Source of the DNA: Hypanus sabinus
Taxonomy: Eukaryota
DNA length: 64,000 nt
Direction of reading: 5' to 3'
NCBI RefSeq assembly: GCF_030144855.1
Contig: NC_082706.1
Span: forward strand, 102,362,001 to 102,426,000
The notes beneath the pieces are model-generated. The model had not been told where the DNA came from. It searched no databases and saw only the letters and a list, made by a program, of their open reading frames with translations. Numbering within the stretch: the first letter of the stretch is position 1; every line of letters begins with the position of its first letter. Both the position numbers and the translations under genes were made by a program. Shown here piece after piece: positions 1-12,364 of this stretch.

Positions 1-494
1 AAAACAGGTGAGAACCACAGGTTGAAGCAGGGCATTAAGTTCATTAGGAAGGGATGTACTGTTGTTGGCAATATTGCCTGACTTTCCTGTTGTATTACAG
101 TGGTCTAATTTTTTGTAATGTTTATGCAGTGTGATTATTGTAATGTTATTTTTATGGTTGCTAAGTAAATCAAAGTTGATTGGCCCAAGGCGCATGGAAA
201 TTTTCTGAGATGTAACAACAATAATTTGGCCTGGCAATATCGCTTCTACTTGCTAACTTAGGAAATCACCCTCTGATAAACACTTAGCAGAGCCTTCCGT
301 TGTCTTGATAAGTTAACAATGTTCACATAAATCATCACCTCAAGGTTTTAGTCATGCTATAAAAATAATCCGTTTTGATGTTCTTACGATCTGCACACTG
401 TGTGAAATAATATGTTACTTCAGGATGAGGATAACACAGAGACTTTAATACTGGATCTATTGTGAATGTTCTTTGTAACAGTCAAGCAAGTGTT

Positions 495-720
495 AGCGTT
501 AGGCTCCCTCTCAGCTCAAATTCAGAAAGTCACAGGCTTGTCCCAAGGATTTAACCCAGGCTGATGCTCTGGGTGGGTTTCTGAGAAACACTCTCAGCAA
601 GATCCGACAACTTCAGCTGAGATGTCAAACTGCCTAATCTCAAGTAGGTTGAAGTGACAGGTACATTCTCCCAGATGTCCTGGCTAATACTTGTTCTCCT
701 GTCAACATGACCATATTACT
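495..720 (+). mobile_element. Degenerate DeuSINE-like (SacSINE1-type) tRNA-derived SINE remnant
   Basis: Segments such as 'caggctgatgctc', 'tgagatgtcaaac' and 'ttctcccagatgtcctggctaatacttg' resemble, from memory, the shark DeuSINE head and Deu domain. Heavily diverged. Confidence 0.45.
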
Positions 721-1294
721 ACAAGAACTGCTTCTTAAGTCATGACCACACTGTGCAAATGGCCATAGAGGACCTGTGACCTCCTGAGAAGGTAAACGTG
801 ACTGGGAAAATGAACATTCTTCCTTCTCTTCATCTTCTGAAGCCATTAGAAGAAGATCTTAGTGAACATAGAGATGTAAGTCCCAACTCATCACACAATT
901 CCCTCATCAACTAGTTCTCTATCAGCCCAATATTCCAACGTGGACAGAGGTAGTTCCACAGTTCCTACAAAATGTAGATGTAGTCAGATGTGAATGATAG
1001 AGACAACAATGTTATCCTGCCCAAGCACAAATAGTATTTTATCATTAAAATACTGTGATGTGGTGCTCCCAGTCACATTGGGTGGCTGGGGTCAAAATGG
1101 TTCCGGACAAAAGGGCCAACCTGATCTACAGCAACCCACAAGACAAGGCTATCAGTTTGTATTGTGATACTGGGCACTGATGGCATCATTGTCCATATTA
1201 CCAGGACCCTGAAAACAAACAGATGCTCGTGTGAAATGTTTGGAAAGAACATTCCCACCCACAGGAAGCTTGTTGTACTTCTACCACCATTCAG

Positions 1295-1360
1295 TAGTTT
1301 CAGAACGTTCCGAAATGCTTCTCAGCCAATGAAGTGCAGTAATGTAGGAAAACAGTGTCA
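1295..1360 (-). mobile_element. DeuSINE-like 3' fragment
   Basis: Minus strand reads 'tttcctacattac..cacttcattggctgagaagcatttcggaacgttctga', similar to the DeuSINE 3' region. Confidence 0.45.
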
Positions 1361-2084
1361 TGGTGTTGGACGTCAGATTTAAGATGATTGGTAACAGTGT
1401 AGTGATGTAGGAAACCAAATTTGAGATGATTGGTAAAGAGCCAGAGGAAAGACATATTATAAAAACCGAAGGTTGACAAGAGAAGGAATTGGGCCTTGAT
1501 CCTGCATCCCCATTCACTGAGATTATGGCTACTCTAATCTCCCTCACAACCCTTCAATCTCTCATGGACCAATAACTCATTCAGCATCAGGTCTGAATAT
1601 GCTCAGAGATTCAGATTCCACAGCTCCTCAGGGTAGACAAAGGTTCACCACCCTCTGGGACCATTAGTAAAAGCTGCAAGTCTATGAAGAAAGAGGGCAG
1701 TGGGTCTAACTGGGGAGCTTGTTCAGTCAGCTAACACAAGTATGAAGGGCTGAGCGGTCTCTTTCTGCCCTGAATGTGCTGTGGATTTGGGATTGCCTGA
1801 TTGGATATTTCCATGATCCTGAATGGTTTGATTTTTAGTCATGCTGCACCCTTTGGTACCAGATTCCTTCACGTACCTCATCTTCCATCCTTCCCATGAC
1901 CCCCACTCTCTGTTCATGAGCTCTGCTTCGGGAGCCCACACTCTCAAATGATTTGTCATTCTGCACAGCTGCTTAGTTTGTCCATTCTCCACTTCAACTG
2001 GATTATCAGTTAGTACAGTGAAATTCTACAACCTGTATTCCAATTTTTTTGGAAATTCAACTGCTTTGGGATCCAGACCAGGAT

Positions 2085-2350
2085 TCTTTTAACACACGAG
2101 GACCCTGACTATTCCATTCCCTTTAACACACCAGGCCCGGGTTCCCACACTTACTCTAACACAGTTCCTATGCTGCCTTTAGTAATGAGAGCTCAGGTTC
2201 TTAAATTCTCTTTAACACCTGAGGCTCTGGTTCCCACACTCCCTTTAACACACCAGAGCCCCTGTTCCCAAGCTCCCTCTAACACACTAGGGCCCCAACT
2301 CCCCTATTTCTTTTAACACACCAGGCTCCCTTTAACAGACAGGGCTCCGA
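2085..2350. repeat. Degenerate minisatellite, ~33-34 bp period, ~8 units
   Basis: Core (t)ttAACAC recurs, with AAC at 2091, 2125, 2158, 2214, 2247, 2281, 2315 and 2334. Approximate unit: ccctttaacacaccaggcccnggttcccacact. Confidence 0.8.
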
Positions 2351-2934
2351 TTTCAGCCCATCCTAGTAACTCACTTTTCCACATTCCCCTTGCAAAATCT
2401 TTCTAAAATAGTACCTTAGAGCTGTGTTGGAATATTAATCAACACTCTGGAACATCTGTCAGCCCAGCACTACTTAAGTCCCAAGTGTACCAGATTAATG
2501 GAGCTTTACTGTTTTTTTTAAATTCTTTTTTCAGATCAGTCATCTGACAAGGCCCATCCTCAATTGTTGTAACTGTGACAAGCAGCTGAGTGTCTCTCTC
2601 TGTACTATTGGAAATACATTTAAACTTTGCAATATCCTGATATTCCAGCGTGTTCATCGTCAGCTGTGAAATCTATTTAAGAAATCTTGCAAAATGGCTT
2701 TTGGTTAGCAAAAATTTGTCAGGCTCTTGTCTAAAATTACCAGTCAATTCTCCATGAATTGGAATGTGCGGAGTCCATTCCAAACCTCTCCCATCTCTGT
2801 GCGTAAAACTATTTCCAATTTGGTATACCTCAACAGTACATTTAACTTCAAATTCTGTGAATTTTATGTACTAGAAACTACACACTTTGACAATAAATTT
2901 ACTTTGAACTTTGAATAATATTACGACAAGTTTT

Positions 2935-3305
2935 CTGAGCAGTGCCTGAGAAAGGCGGTGTCCATTTTAAGGATCCACATCACCCAGGACATGCCCCCTT
3001 CTCATTGTAACCATTAAGAAGGAGGTGGAGAAGCCGGAAGGCCCACACTCAGCAATATAGCAACAGTTTCTTCCCCTCTGCCATCCGATTTCAAAATGGT
3101 CATTGAGCTGTTAAAACTACCTCTCTTTTTTTCTCAATTATTTCTATTTTTGCACTATTTTAATTTATCTTTTTAATATACATATGCAGTATATACTTAC
3201 CGTAATTCATTTTATTTATTCTTTTTTCTGTATTTTATGATGTATTGCATTGTACTGCTGCTGCTGATTTAACAAATTTCACAATATATAAAATCTGATT
3301 CTGAA
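2935..3305 (+). mobile_element. Rex1/Babar-L2-type LINE 3' end
   Basis: Same 3' ORF end and UTR as other copies in the window (e.g. 52620-52975). Ends in a CTGATT-type tail. Confidence 0.8.
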
Positions 3306-3842
3306 GTTTTTTAGGCAGAGGAAGCAGAGCTTTGGTTTTTTGTGTCTAGTTACAATTTATGGTCAATGTGTTTGACGTTTTTTACGTCTTTGTAATTCTA
3401 TAATTAAAAGCTTTTACAGGTAGCTGTTGATAACGGGGTCACACCCTTGTCTCTGTTTCTGAAGGCTTTGAGTTCAAATGCTACACTAGGGAACTGAGCA
3501 CAAAACCCTGGGCTGTCTGTTCGACCTCTAATCCTAATTGATTGATGTGACTCAGTAATCCACAAAATAAAATCTGTAGCACATTTTGGCAATTTACAAA
3601 TGCTATTCTTATTCGAGGATAACAATGGCCCATTTAAACAAATATTGGCTATGAAGATTATACTTTTCTCTGTCAGCAAGAAACAGATAGTCAGTTTAAG
3701 AAGAAAAGAGAACACACTGATTGGCTGAAGGGAACCAGGGTCCCTGTTGTGATAAGGGGCATAGGAATCAAGATCCTATTGTGTTAAAGTAGTCTTGAGG
3801 GTCGATAATGTAAAATGATGAGACCGTCAGCATATCTCTTTG

Positions 3843-4440
3843 TTCAAAGTTCGAAGTAAATTTATTATCAAAGTACGTATATGTTACCATATTCAACCTA
3901 GAGATGCGCTTTCTTGCGGGCATTCACAGTTGAACAAAAAACTACAATGAACAACTACACACAAAGACTGACAACCAATATGCAAAAGGAAACAAACTGT
4001 TCAAATACAAAAACAGATAATAAAAATAATAAACAAACAAATAAATGAATAATACTGAGAACATGGGTTGCAGAGTCCTTGAAAGTGAGTCGATAGGCTA
4101 TGGAATCAGTTCTGTGTTGAGGTGAGTGAGGCTATCCATGCTGTTTCAGGAGCCTAAAAGTTGAGGGGTATTAGCTGTTCCTGAACTAAGGCTCCAGTAC
4201 CTCCTTCCCGGTGGCAGCAGTGAGAAAGGAGCGTGCCTTGGAAAGTGGGGGCCCTAGATGACGGATGCTGCCTTCCTGTGTCAGCACTCCATGCTGATGT
4301 GCACAGTGGTAGTGAGGGCCTTACCCATGATGGACTGGACTGTATCCAGTACATTTTGTAGCCTTTACCATTTTTGCTTCCATACCAGACACTAATAAAA
4401 CCAATTAGGATACTCTCCACTGTGCATCAGTTAAAGTTTT
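3843..4440 (-). mobile_element. Rex1/Babar-L2-type LINE 3' fragment
   Basis: Tail (ttcaaag/ttcgaag on +) followed by a 3' UTR shared with 25700-25945 and 42565-42800. Minus ORF 4154-4420 'ESILIGFISVWYG' resembles the 'ESILxxCITAWYG' C-terminus. Confidence 0.8.
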
Positions 4441-4676
4441 AGTTTTAAAAAGTTTGTGGAGTGTGGATTTGCCAAGAGTCTATGGAAGAGGATGCAAGAC
4501 TTCTTAATATGGTTCACCTCAAGCAGCTGTTAATTTTGGAACTGAAATTGACAGTTCTTTGTTAAGCAAAGACATTAAAGACGAGAAGGAGGGTTCACAT
4601 CTCAGCCATAACTTCACTGAATAACAACAGGTTCAAGAGATTGTAGGGTTGTCTCCAGTTCTATGTTTCTTATTTA

Positions 4677-5261
4677 CATAATGGCTTCTCTGTAATGTAC
4701 TGGTTTTTTGTAGTGTTCACCGCTGAGGTAACGGTTTCTCTGCAGCAGTAATGTTTGGGTTATGTCTGGAGATAACGGGACTGTGGATGCATGTTAGCCA
4801 ATCGGGATTTTGTTGCCCTGTCTTGTGATTCCGGAAGCAGTTGCTTTCGAGGACTTTTGCCAGAGGGAGAGAGAGAGATGAAGAGAGAAGACGCAAATGG
4901 AACGATTTGGTAGTCTGCCAGTTGGGGTGGACTCAAAGCGGGGGTCCGAAGGGCAGCAATGATCGAAGAAGGATCAGCGAAAGGGAAACTGTGAGTTCCA
5001 ACTTTGTGTGCACAGACTGCTTAATAAGATTTGGGCCCTTTTTCTTTTATATTTCATTTCTCTACTAACCATATAGTCAAAGTAAGAGTTACAAAGCTTG
5101 ATTGTTTAATCACATGTTGTGTACTGTTTGTTATTCTGGGGTACTGATTTGTAACAGGAGACACATCATGCAGCATCCACTCAATCGAGATTTCTTAAGT
5201 TCAGCTGGGCCAGGGGTTATCACCCCCTATATGAAGCTTGCTAGGCAAAGCAAGTGTTACG
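4677..5261. mobile_element. Probable solo LTR (~585 bp)
   Basis: Imperfect inverted termini CATAATGG...GTGTTACG. Flanked by a 4-bp direct repeat TTTA (4673-4676, 5262-5265). No coding capacity; richer in CpG than the flanks. Confidence 0.6.
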
Positions 5262-5339
5262 TTTATATATAAACATTTATTTGCAAACTTGCAAAATATA
5301 TATTTCTGCCAGAATATGCACATATATCAAATTCAAATT

Positions 5340-5730
5340 CTGGTCCAGGCACTCTCTAGCCTCTACAGTGCCCAATAATCCTGTGGACATCAAGCGCTCC
5401 CTCTCCAAGGACACCTGGGCACTGTTGTATTGTCGGAAAATTGGCAGGCGCTAGCTCAGCTGGAACCCCCCTGCAGCCTATTGTCTGGAGCTGTGAACAG
5501 CTACCTTGGCAAAGCTCAGGAGAAGACTGACAGAGAGATTCCCTGGCCAACTGGGTGGACAAGGACCCGGAGAGTGGGTCTGAGGTGCGACCAGAACTTG
5601 AGGAGCAGTCCCTTCAAACACTCAAAGAGAGGCAGCAACCTCTGGAGCGCAGTGTGAACTTGGAACACGGACTCCACCAAGCCACAGATAGAACAGCTGG
5701 CCTGGGAGATGGTGAACCAGGTCCATCGAT
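5340..5730 (-). mobile_element. Tx1/L1-clade LINE ORF2 C-terminal fragment (decayed)
   Basis: Manual minus translation gives WFTISQASCSICGLVESVFQVHTALQRLLPLFECLKGLLLKFWSHLRPTL, then after a frameshift LSVSLLLSFAKVAVHSSRQ*...LPIFRQYNSAQVSLERE. This matches the Tx1-type CCHC-region C-terminus. Confidence 0.8.
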
Positions 5731-6324
5731 GAGAGTGGGAGGATGGACCTGCTGCTGGGTCAAAGTCAGGTGTTAAACCCTGCAGGAATAATCAACCAGA
5801 TATAGCAACCTTAAGTGAGAGCACAGGCTCTATAACACCTAAAGCATGTCGGGTCAATATTAACACTGCAGGAATCTGTTATTTCTTGTTGGTCCCACCC
5901 TCTATTTCTTGCTATTGTCAAGAGGCTGAATGTATCAACAGCTAGTTGTTGGGTGTTAATGATCAGTATTTTAACTTAGTGACAAAAAATAGTGACTTCA
6001 GTTCCAGTTCCAGACTGTCAGTGCTGGGTGAAATTTCCACCTGTCAAACAATGATGCCAGAAGTGAATCAAAGCGGTTTTTAAGTCATCCTTTCAGTCAA
6101 TGGTCAAACAAGTTTGCTCCTGTGTCTGACATGAAAACTGACCACTGCTGCTCCCATAATTACTGAAAAATCCAAGGGCCATGGTTCCTGGGACTGGTAT
6201 TTAGGGGATATAATTAGGTGGTTTTGCATTCTGCGAACATATTGTTGGAAAATGACTTTAATTGACAGCACATGAATAGAAAGAAGGAGATGTACTTTAT
6301 TTTATTTTCGCTCATTAATTTAGA

Positions 6325-6515
6325 CTAGAGATACAACATGGTAACAGGCCCTACCCAAAGAGCCCACTCTGCCCATTGACACCAATGTGCCCAATTAACC
6401 TTATTACATGTGCATCTTTGGAATGGGGGAGGAAACCCGCGCAGAGCCAAGGAGAACATACACAGCAGCGGGAATTGAACCCGGGTCATTGGCGCTCTTA
6501 CACTACCATGCCATC
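6325..6515 (-). mobile_element. V-SINE (HE1-like)
   Basis: tRNA B-box-like 'gggttcaattccc' on minus, V-domain 'gggtttcctcccc', and a CR1-type 3' tail. Confidence 0.7.
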
Positions 6516-6789
6516 CCGGCAACAGTAATGAAACAGGAGAAGACAACAGCAGCAAAACAACGTTTTCACATCCACTCACACACCCAGACAGGCCAGGGCA
6601 CCTCCAGGCCTCCAGTCTTTGCCCTGAATTGATCACTTCTACCGTATAAGTCATGAGTAAGGTGTATTATTGTAAACAGGGTTGCTGGGATAGAACTTGG
6701 AGGATCTGGTTCATTATAATTCATTGGGTTTGGTGGGGTGCATTTTTTCAGATTTGGAGGTAGCACCGTGAACTCTCTCTATACTCACT

Positions 6790-7030
6790 GTCTAGGTAAG
6801 GTAGCCAACAAATCAAAGACCCCACCCACCCTGAACATTCTGTCTTTGCCGCCCTTCCATTGGGCAGAAGATTCAAAAGGCTGAGAGCCAGCTTCTACTT
6901 CGCTGTTATACAACATTGAATGGGCCCCAAGTACGGTAAGATGCACTCTTGACCTCACAACATTCCTTGTTACGGCCTCGCGCTCTTTGACTGCACTGCA
7001 CTTTGTCTAGAACGACAGCACTTGCACTTT
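6790..7030 (+). mobile_element. Short L2/Rex-type 3' tail element
   Basis: 'atcaaagacccc...ccat(t)gggcagaagattcaaaag' and downstream UTR, shared with other copies in the window. Confidence 0.6.
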
Positions 7031-7864
7031 CAACGCACGGATGTGAGGAGCTGTTCGGTATGGATGGCATGGCATGAGATCCAAGGTAGACTACAGATGC
7101 TGGACATCACACACAAAGACCCTGGAGGAACCCGGTGGATCAGGCTGCACTTATGGAGAGAAGTGAACAGTGCTGTCTGATCTGTGGAGCCCCGCCAGCT
7201 CTTTTGTGTGTTGCTCATTCTCCTCTTTTTATTGAACACAAACGAAAACAGAAACACTAAACATATGCTAACAAAGCCAGGGAATCACACATATGCAGCA
7301 ACAAATATATAACTATGAACTTTAAATACACAAATAAACAAGAAAACCCACTCTAAATACTGTCGGACTGTGTTGCTCCGCTACCTTCACTGCACTGTTG
7401 CCAGTTCTCAATGCTGTACAGTCGAGTGCAAGGGGGAGGAGTGAAGGAAATAGCAAACTGAGGAGAGGCTGGGTCAGTGCTTTTCAAAGAGTTGAGAAAG
7501 GGGGATTGCATCAGACAGAAGATACAAAAGCATAACATGCTACCACTAGGCCTATAGACATCAACTATCGCATGTTATCAGACTCTTGAATGGACCTAAG
7601 ATGAACCCTTGATTGTTCAGTTTGGCTCGTCATAGACTTAGCACCTTATTGCTTCTACATAGTTTTGTTACTGTTTTTCCTTCCATAGTACCTCAGCGAA
7701 CTTCTGTTTCGAATGATCTGTCCTGATGGCATACAAACAAAATCTTTTCACTATATCTCAGTATATGCTACAACAATAAACCTACTACCAATTACCAGCT
7801 TCTGTTTCCCTCTCTGACAAAAACCATCATTTCATTCATTTTATGAAATTTCCAAACCCCAGTA

Positions 7865-8084
7865 CAGGTCTCCCCCACTTTACGAATGCTTGTTTTACGC
7901 CATTACGCTTTTACAAAGGACCTACATTAGTAACCTGTTTTTGCATTACAAAGAGGATTCTCGTTTTTACGAACATTTCTCCCATGTAAATTAATGGTTC
8001 TTCCCTTTACGCCATTTTGGCTTAAGAAAGGTTTCATAGGAACACACTACCTTTGTAAAGTCGGGGGTGGGGGAGGGACATCTA
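7865..8084. mobile_element. Tigger/pogo-like MITE
   Basis: TA|CAGGTCTCCCCCACTTTACGAA ... TTTGTAAAGTCGGGGG..GGACATCTA|TA: imperfect TIRs, TA target site, internal TTTTACG subrepeats. Confidence 0.75.
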
Positions 8085-8639
8085 TAGATAGCATAAACTT
8101 ATTTACAGCACTGGACTGACTCTTGATCTATTCAGATGTTGTTTTAAGAATTTAGTGAGGAATTCAATGATTAAAATGGATTGTTCATGGCACAGAATGT
8201 AATGTCATCACTGAATAATCCCACAAAACATGCTATGGATGTCCTGTTCCAGTAGCTCAATTAACAAGTTAACATAGTCTCACCAAGGTAACATCTTCTG
8301 GGAACAACTAAGGAAACATTTTTGAACATTCAGTGAGAGAGCAGAGTGGTTAAGCTTCATTAGAATCCAAACTACCAGTCTTAAATCATCTTGTGGCCAT
8401 GCTGCAGAACTGCTCATTCACAAAATGATGAAAGGATTGTGCACTCAACACAGCCAGTAACACTAACAAGTTGTATTTATAGAACACAGTAAAGTATCCC
8501 ACAGTGCTTTATAGGAATGCTTTCAAGAGAAATATAATGAACATGTGAAGGTGTACTGGAGCAGTTGAGTGAGAGCCAAGCCTAGATGGTAGATTTTGTG
8601 GAGCTTTTTTCTTGACATTGAGGAAGAGAGTTTCAGAGC

Positions 8640-9155
8640 TGTACAGTATAGAAGTAGATTTGTCAGCAAATCACATCAATGCTAACTTTTCTCCCCCATC
8701 TCTTTAACCTGCTTATATATGCCTTATCTATTTCAGTGACTGTCTAAATGTCTGATAGACATAGTGATTGTATCTGATTCATCACTTCCCCAGCAGTAAG
8801 TTTTAGATATCAACCAATCAAAATACTTTCCCTTTAAATCCCTTTTAATAATTTATCCTGTCACCTTAAACCAAAACTCTCTTGCTTTTGATACCCTTAC
8901 TGTGGGGTAAATTATTCTTACCATTTCTCCTATTAAAATGCTGTATAATTGTATAAAGTTGCTCCTCAGTCCCCTTTTGTTCCAGGATAAATAAGCCCAG
9001 TCCATTCTCTCTTTTCCATGTTCTCCCCATAACTAAAGTGCATCAATGCAGGCAGCACCCTGGGGAACCTCTTCTGCACTCTGTCCAGTGCCAGCACTTC
9101 CTTTCCCTTATCTGGTGACCAGAACTGCATGCAGTACTCGGTGTGTGGTCTCGAC
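8640..9155 (-). mobile_element. Old CR1 LINE 3' fragment
   Basis: 'tggtgaccagaactgcatgcagtactc' is the reverse complement of EYCMQFWSP; degenerate CR1 3' end. Confidence 0.7.
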
Positions 9156-9160
9156 CAAAA

Positions 9161-9280
9161 ATACCATAAGACATCGAAGTAGAATTAGGCCATTTGGCCC
9201 ATCCAGTCAGCTCCACCATTTAGTCATGGTTGATCCTTTTTTACCCTCCTCAGCTCCACTCCCCAGCCTTCTCCCTGTAA
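9161..9280 (-). mobile_element. CR1 3' UTR; host copy split by later insertions, continues at 13535
   Basis: '...cagccttctccctgtaa' joins naturally to 'tctttaatgccgtgtccaatcaagaac' at ~13535. Confidence 0.75.
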
Positions 9281-9350
9281 CACAGAAACACAGAAAACAT
9301 ACAGGCCTTTTGGCCCACAAAGATGTGGCAAACACGTCCCTACCTTAGAA
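9281..9350 (-). mobile_element. Very short CR1 3' end of a second subfamily
   Basis: Matches the 3' end of the CR1 at 44592-44680 (tail, 'tacaggcc..ggccc.caaag.tgtg..aaca..tcc.tacct'). Confidence 0.7.
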
Positions 9351-9550
9351 CTATAGAACCATAGAACACTACAGCACAGTACAGGCTCTTCAGCCCTCCA
9401 TGTTGTGCCAACCCATATAATCCTTAAAAAAAAGTACTAAACCCACGCTACCCCATAACCCTCCATTTTTCTTTCATCCATGTGCCTGTCCAAGAGGCTC
9501 TTAAATACCCCTAATGTTTTAGCCTCCACCACCATCCCTGGCAAGTCATT

Positions 9551-12240
9551 TCAGGCACTCACAACACTTTGTGTAAAAAACTTACCCCTGATGTCTCCCC
9601 TAAACTTTCCTCCCTTAATTTTGTACATATGCCCTCTGGTGTTTGTTATTGGTGCCCTGGGAAACAGGTACTGACTATCCACCCTATCTATGCCTCTCAT
9701 AATCTTGTAGACCTCTATCAAGTTCCCGCTCATTCTTCTACGCTCCAAAGAGAAAAGTCCCAGCTCTGCTAATCTTGCTTCATATGACTTGTTCTCCAAA
9801 CCAGGCAACATCCTGGTAAATCTCCTCTGCATCCTCTCCATAGCTTCCACATCCCACCTATAATGAGGTGACCAGAATTGAACACAATACTCTAAGTGCG
9901 GTCTCACCAGAGATTTGTAGAGTTGCAACATGACCTCTCTACTCTTGAACTCAATCCCCCTGTTAATGAAGCCTAGCGTCCCATAGGCCTTCTTAACTAC
10001 CCTATCAACCTGTGCAGTGACCTAGAGGGATGTGTGGATTTGAACCCCAATGTCCCTTCGTTCATCCACACTCTTAAGTAACTGACCATTAATCCTGTAC
10101 TCAGTCTTCTGGTTTGTCCTTCCAAAATGCATCACCTCACACTTGTCCAGATTGAACTCCATCTGCCATTTTTCTGCCAAACTCTGCAGCCTGTCTATAT
10201 CCTCCTGTAACCTTCGACAACCTGCAGCTCCGTCCACAACTCCTCCAATCTTCGTGTCATCTGCAAACTTACACACCCATCCTTCCGCCTCTTCATCCAG
10301 GTCATTTATAAATATCACAAAGAGCAGGAGTCCCAGGACAGATCCTTGCAGCACTCCATAGTCACCGACCTCCAGGCAGAATACTTTCCTTCCACAACTA
10401 CCCTCTGCTTTCTTACTTTAAGCCAATTTTTTATCCAAACAGACAAGGTTCCACTTATCCCATGCCTCATGACTTTCTGGATGAGTCTCTTGTGAGTGAC
10501 CTTGTCAAATGCCTTGCTAAAACCCAAGTAGACCACATCCACTGCCCTACCCTCATCAATTCCTTTTGTTGCCTCTTCAAAAAACTCAATCGGGCTCGTG
10601 AGAAACGATCTTCCCTTCACAAAGCCATGTTGACTATCCCTGAGTAGACTGTACTTCTCCAAATGCTCGTAGATCCTATCCTTAAAAATCCTTTCCAGTA
10701 GTTTGCATACCACCGACGTAAGACTCACTGGTCTATAGTTCCCAGGTTTCTCCCATTACCTTTTCTAAACAAGAGAACTACATTTGACATTCTCCAGTCC
10801 TCTGGCACTTCCCCTGTAGCCAAAGAGGATTCAAAGATCATAGCTAATGCTCCTGCGATCCCTTCTCTCAATTCCCACAACAACCTGGGGTGTATCATAT
10901 CCGGCCCTGGGGATTTATCAATCTTAATGTTTTTAAGAAAAGCCAGCATTTCTTCCTTAATCTCCACATTGTCCAGCACACAGGCCCGCTCTACTTTGAC
11001 CTCATCCTGATCAAGATCCTTTTCACTTGTGAATACTGAAGCAAAGTATTCATTTAGGACCTCCCCAACCACCTCTGCCTCCAGGCATATGTTGCCCTCT
11101 TTATCCTTCAGCGGTCCCACCTTCGTTCTCGTCATCCTCCTGTTCTTTACATAAGCATAGAATACCTTGGGGTTCTCCTTAAACCTACGTGCCAAGGCCT
11201 TCTCATGCCCCCTTTGAGCTCTCCTAAGTCCTTTCTTAAGCTCCTTCCTGGCTACCCTATATTTCTCATGAGCCCCTCCTGCTTCCTGTTTCTTATATCT
11301 AACATATGCTTCCTTTTTCCTCTTGACGAGTTGCCTCACATGTTTCATCAGCCACGGTTCCCTTTTCCTACCATTTTTTTCTTGCCTCAGTGGGACAAAC
11401 CTATCCTGAACCCAGCTCAAGTGGTCCCTAAACTTCTCCCATATTGCTTCTGTGCTTTCCCCTTTGAACATCTGTTTCCAATTTACTCTCGCTAGTTCCT
11501 GCCTCATCCCTTTAAAGTTAGCCCTTCCCCAGTTAAGCACTTTACCATTTTGTCTGACTTTATCCTTTTCCATGGCTATGCTGAAGCTAAGGAAGTTGTG
11601 GTCACTCTCACCAAAATGCTCCCCCACCAAGAGGTCTGTCACCTGACCAGGTTCATTACCCAGAACTAGATCCAGTATAGCCTCTCCTCTCGTCGGCCGG
11701 TCCACATACTGTGTCAGGAATCCTCCTTGAACACACCTGACAAATTCAGCCCCATCTATCCCCCTTGCACTCAGGAGATGCCAGTCAATATGTGGGAAGT
11801 TGAAATCACCCATAGCTACTACCCTGTATTTCCTGCCCCATTCTAAAATCTGCCTGCTTATCTGCTCCTCGGTGTCCCAAGGGCTATCCGGGGGCCTATA
11901 GACTACTCCCAACACAGTGATTGATCCCTTCCTATTTCTGACTTCCACCCAGACCGACTCAGTGGACACTCCCTCTGCAATGTTCTCCCTTTCTAAAGCC
12001 GTGATACTATCCCTGACCAGCAATGCCACTCCCCCACCCCCCACCTTTTCTACCTCCCATCCTATTCCTTTTAAAACACCTGAAACCTGGGACCTGCATC
12101 ATCCAATCCTGCCCTTCATCCAACCAAGTTTCAGTAACGGCCACAACATCGTAGTTCCATGTACTAATCCATGCTCTAAGTTCATCCTCCTTGTTCCTAA
12201 TACTCCTAGCATTGAAATAGACACATTTCAACCCCTTTAA
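9551..12240 (-). pseudogene. CR1 ORF2 (AP endonuclease plus reverse transcriptase), broken into 5 ORF pieces
   Basis: Endonuclease motifs YFNARS, VTETW, VYRPP, GDFN, LDLVL, SDH. RT motifs KSPGPD, SLTSVVCK, QHGF, KAFDKV, QGSVLG, FADD. C-terminal RPHLEYCVQFWSP. Confidence 0.95.
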
Positions 12241-12364
12241 CTGGCTACAATTATGTTTTGTCCCCTGTCTGTCCTTCCTCATCAGCTCAGAACTCTTTGC
12301 ATCATGCCCTTGTGCTTCTACCTTAATCCCTGCACCCACATTCTGATTCCCACCCCCTGCCAAA

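Noticed and set aside
640-846. 68-aa minus ORF as a coding exon
   Set aside because: Partly overlaps a DeuSINE-like remnant and has no recognisable domain.
1073-1165. RCC1-repeat-like peptide GWGQNGSGQKG on +
   Set aside because: Short isolated match, weak splice sites, and no further RCC1 repeats in the window.
2085-2350. CRISPR-like repeat-spacer array
   Set aside because: The intervening sequences are homologous to each other, the core is only ~8-10 bp, there are no cas genes, and the context is vertebrate. It is a minisatellite.
5430-5776. Plus-strand protein-like ORFs suggesting a pseudogene
   Set aside because: They are antisense shadows of the Tx1-like ORF2 fragment on the minus strand.
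6465-6515. tRNA gene
   Set aside because: Only a degenerate B-box head continuous with a SINE body; no cloverleaf.
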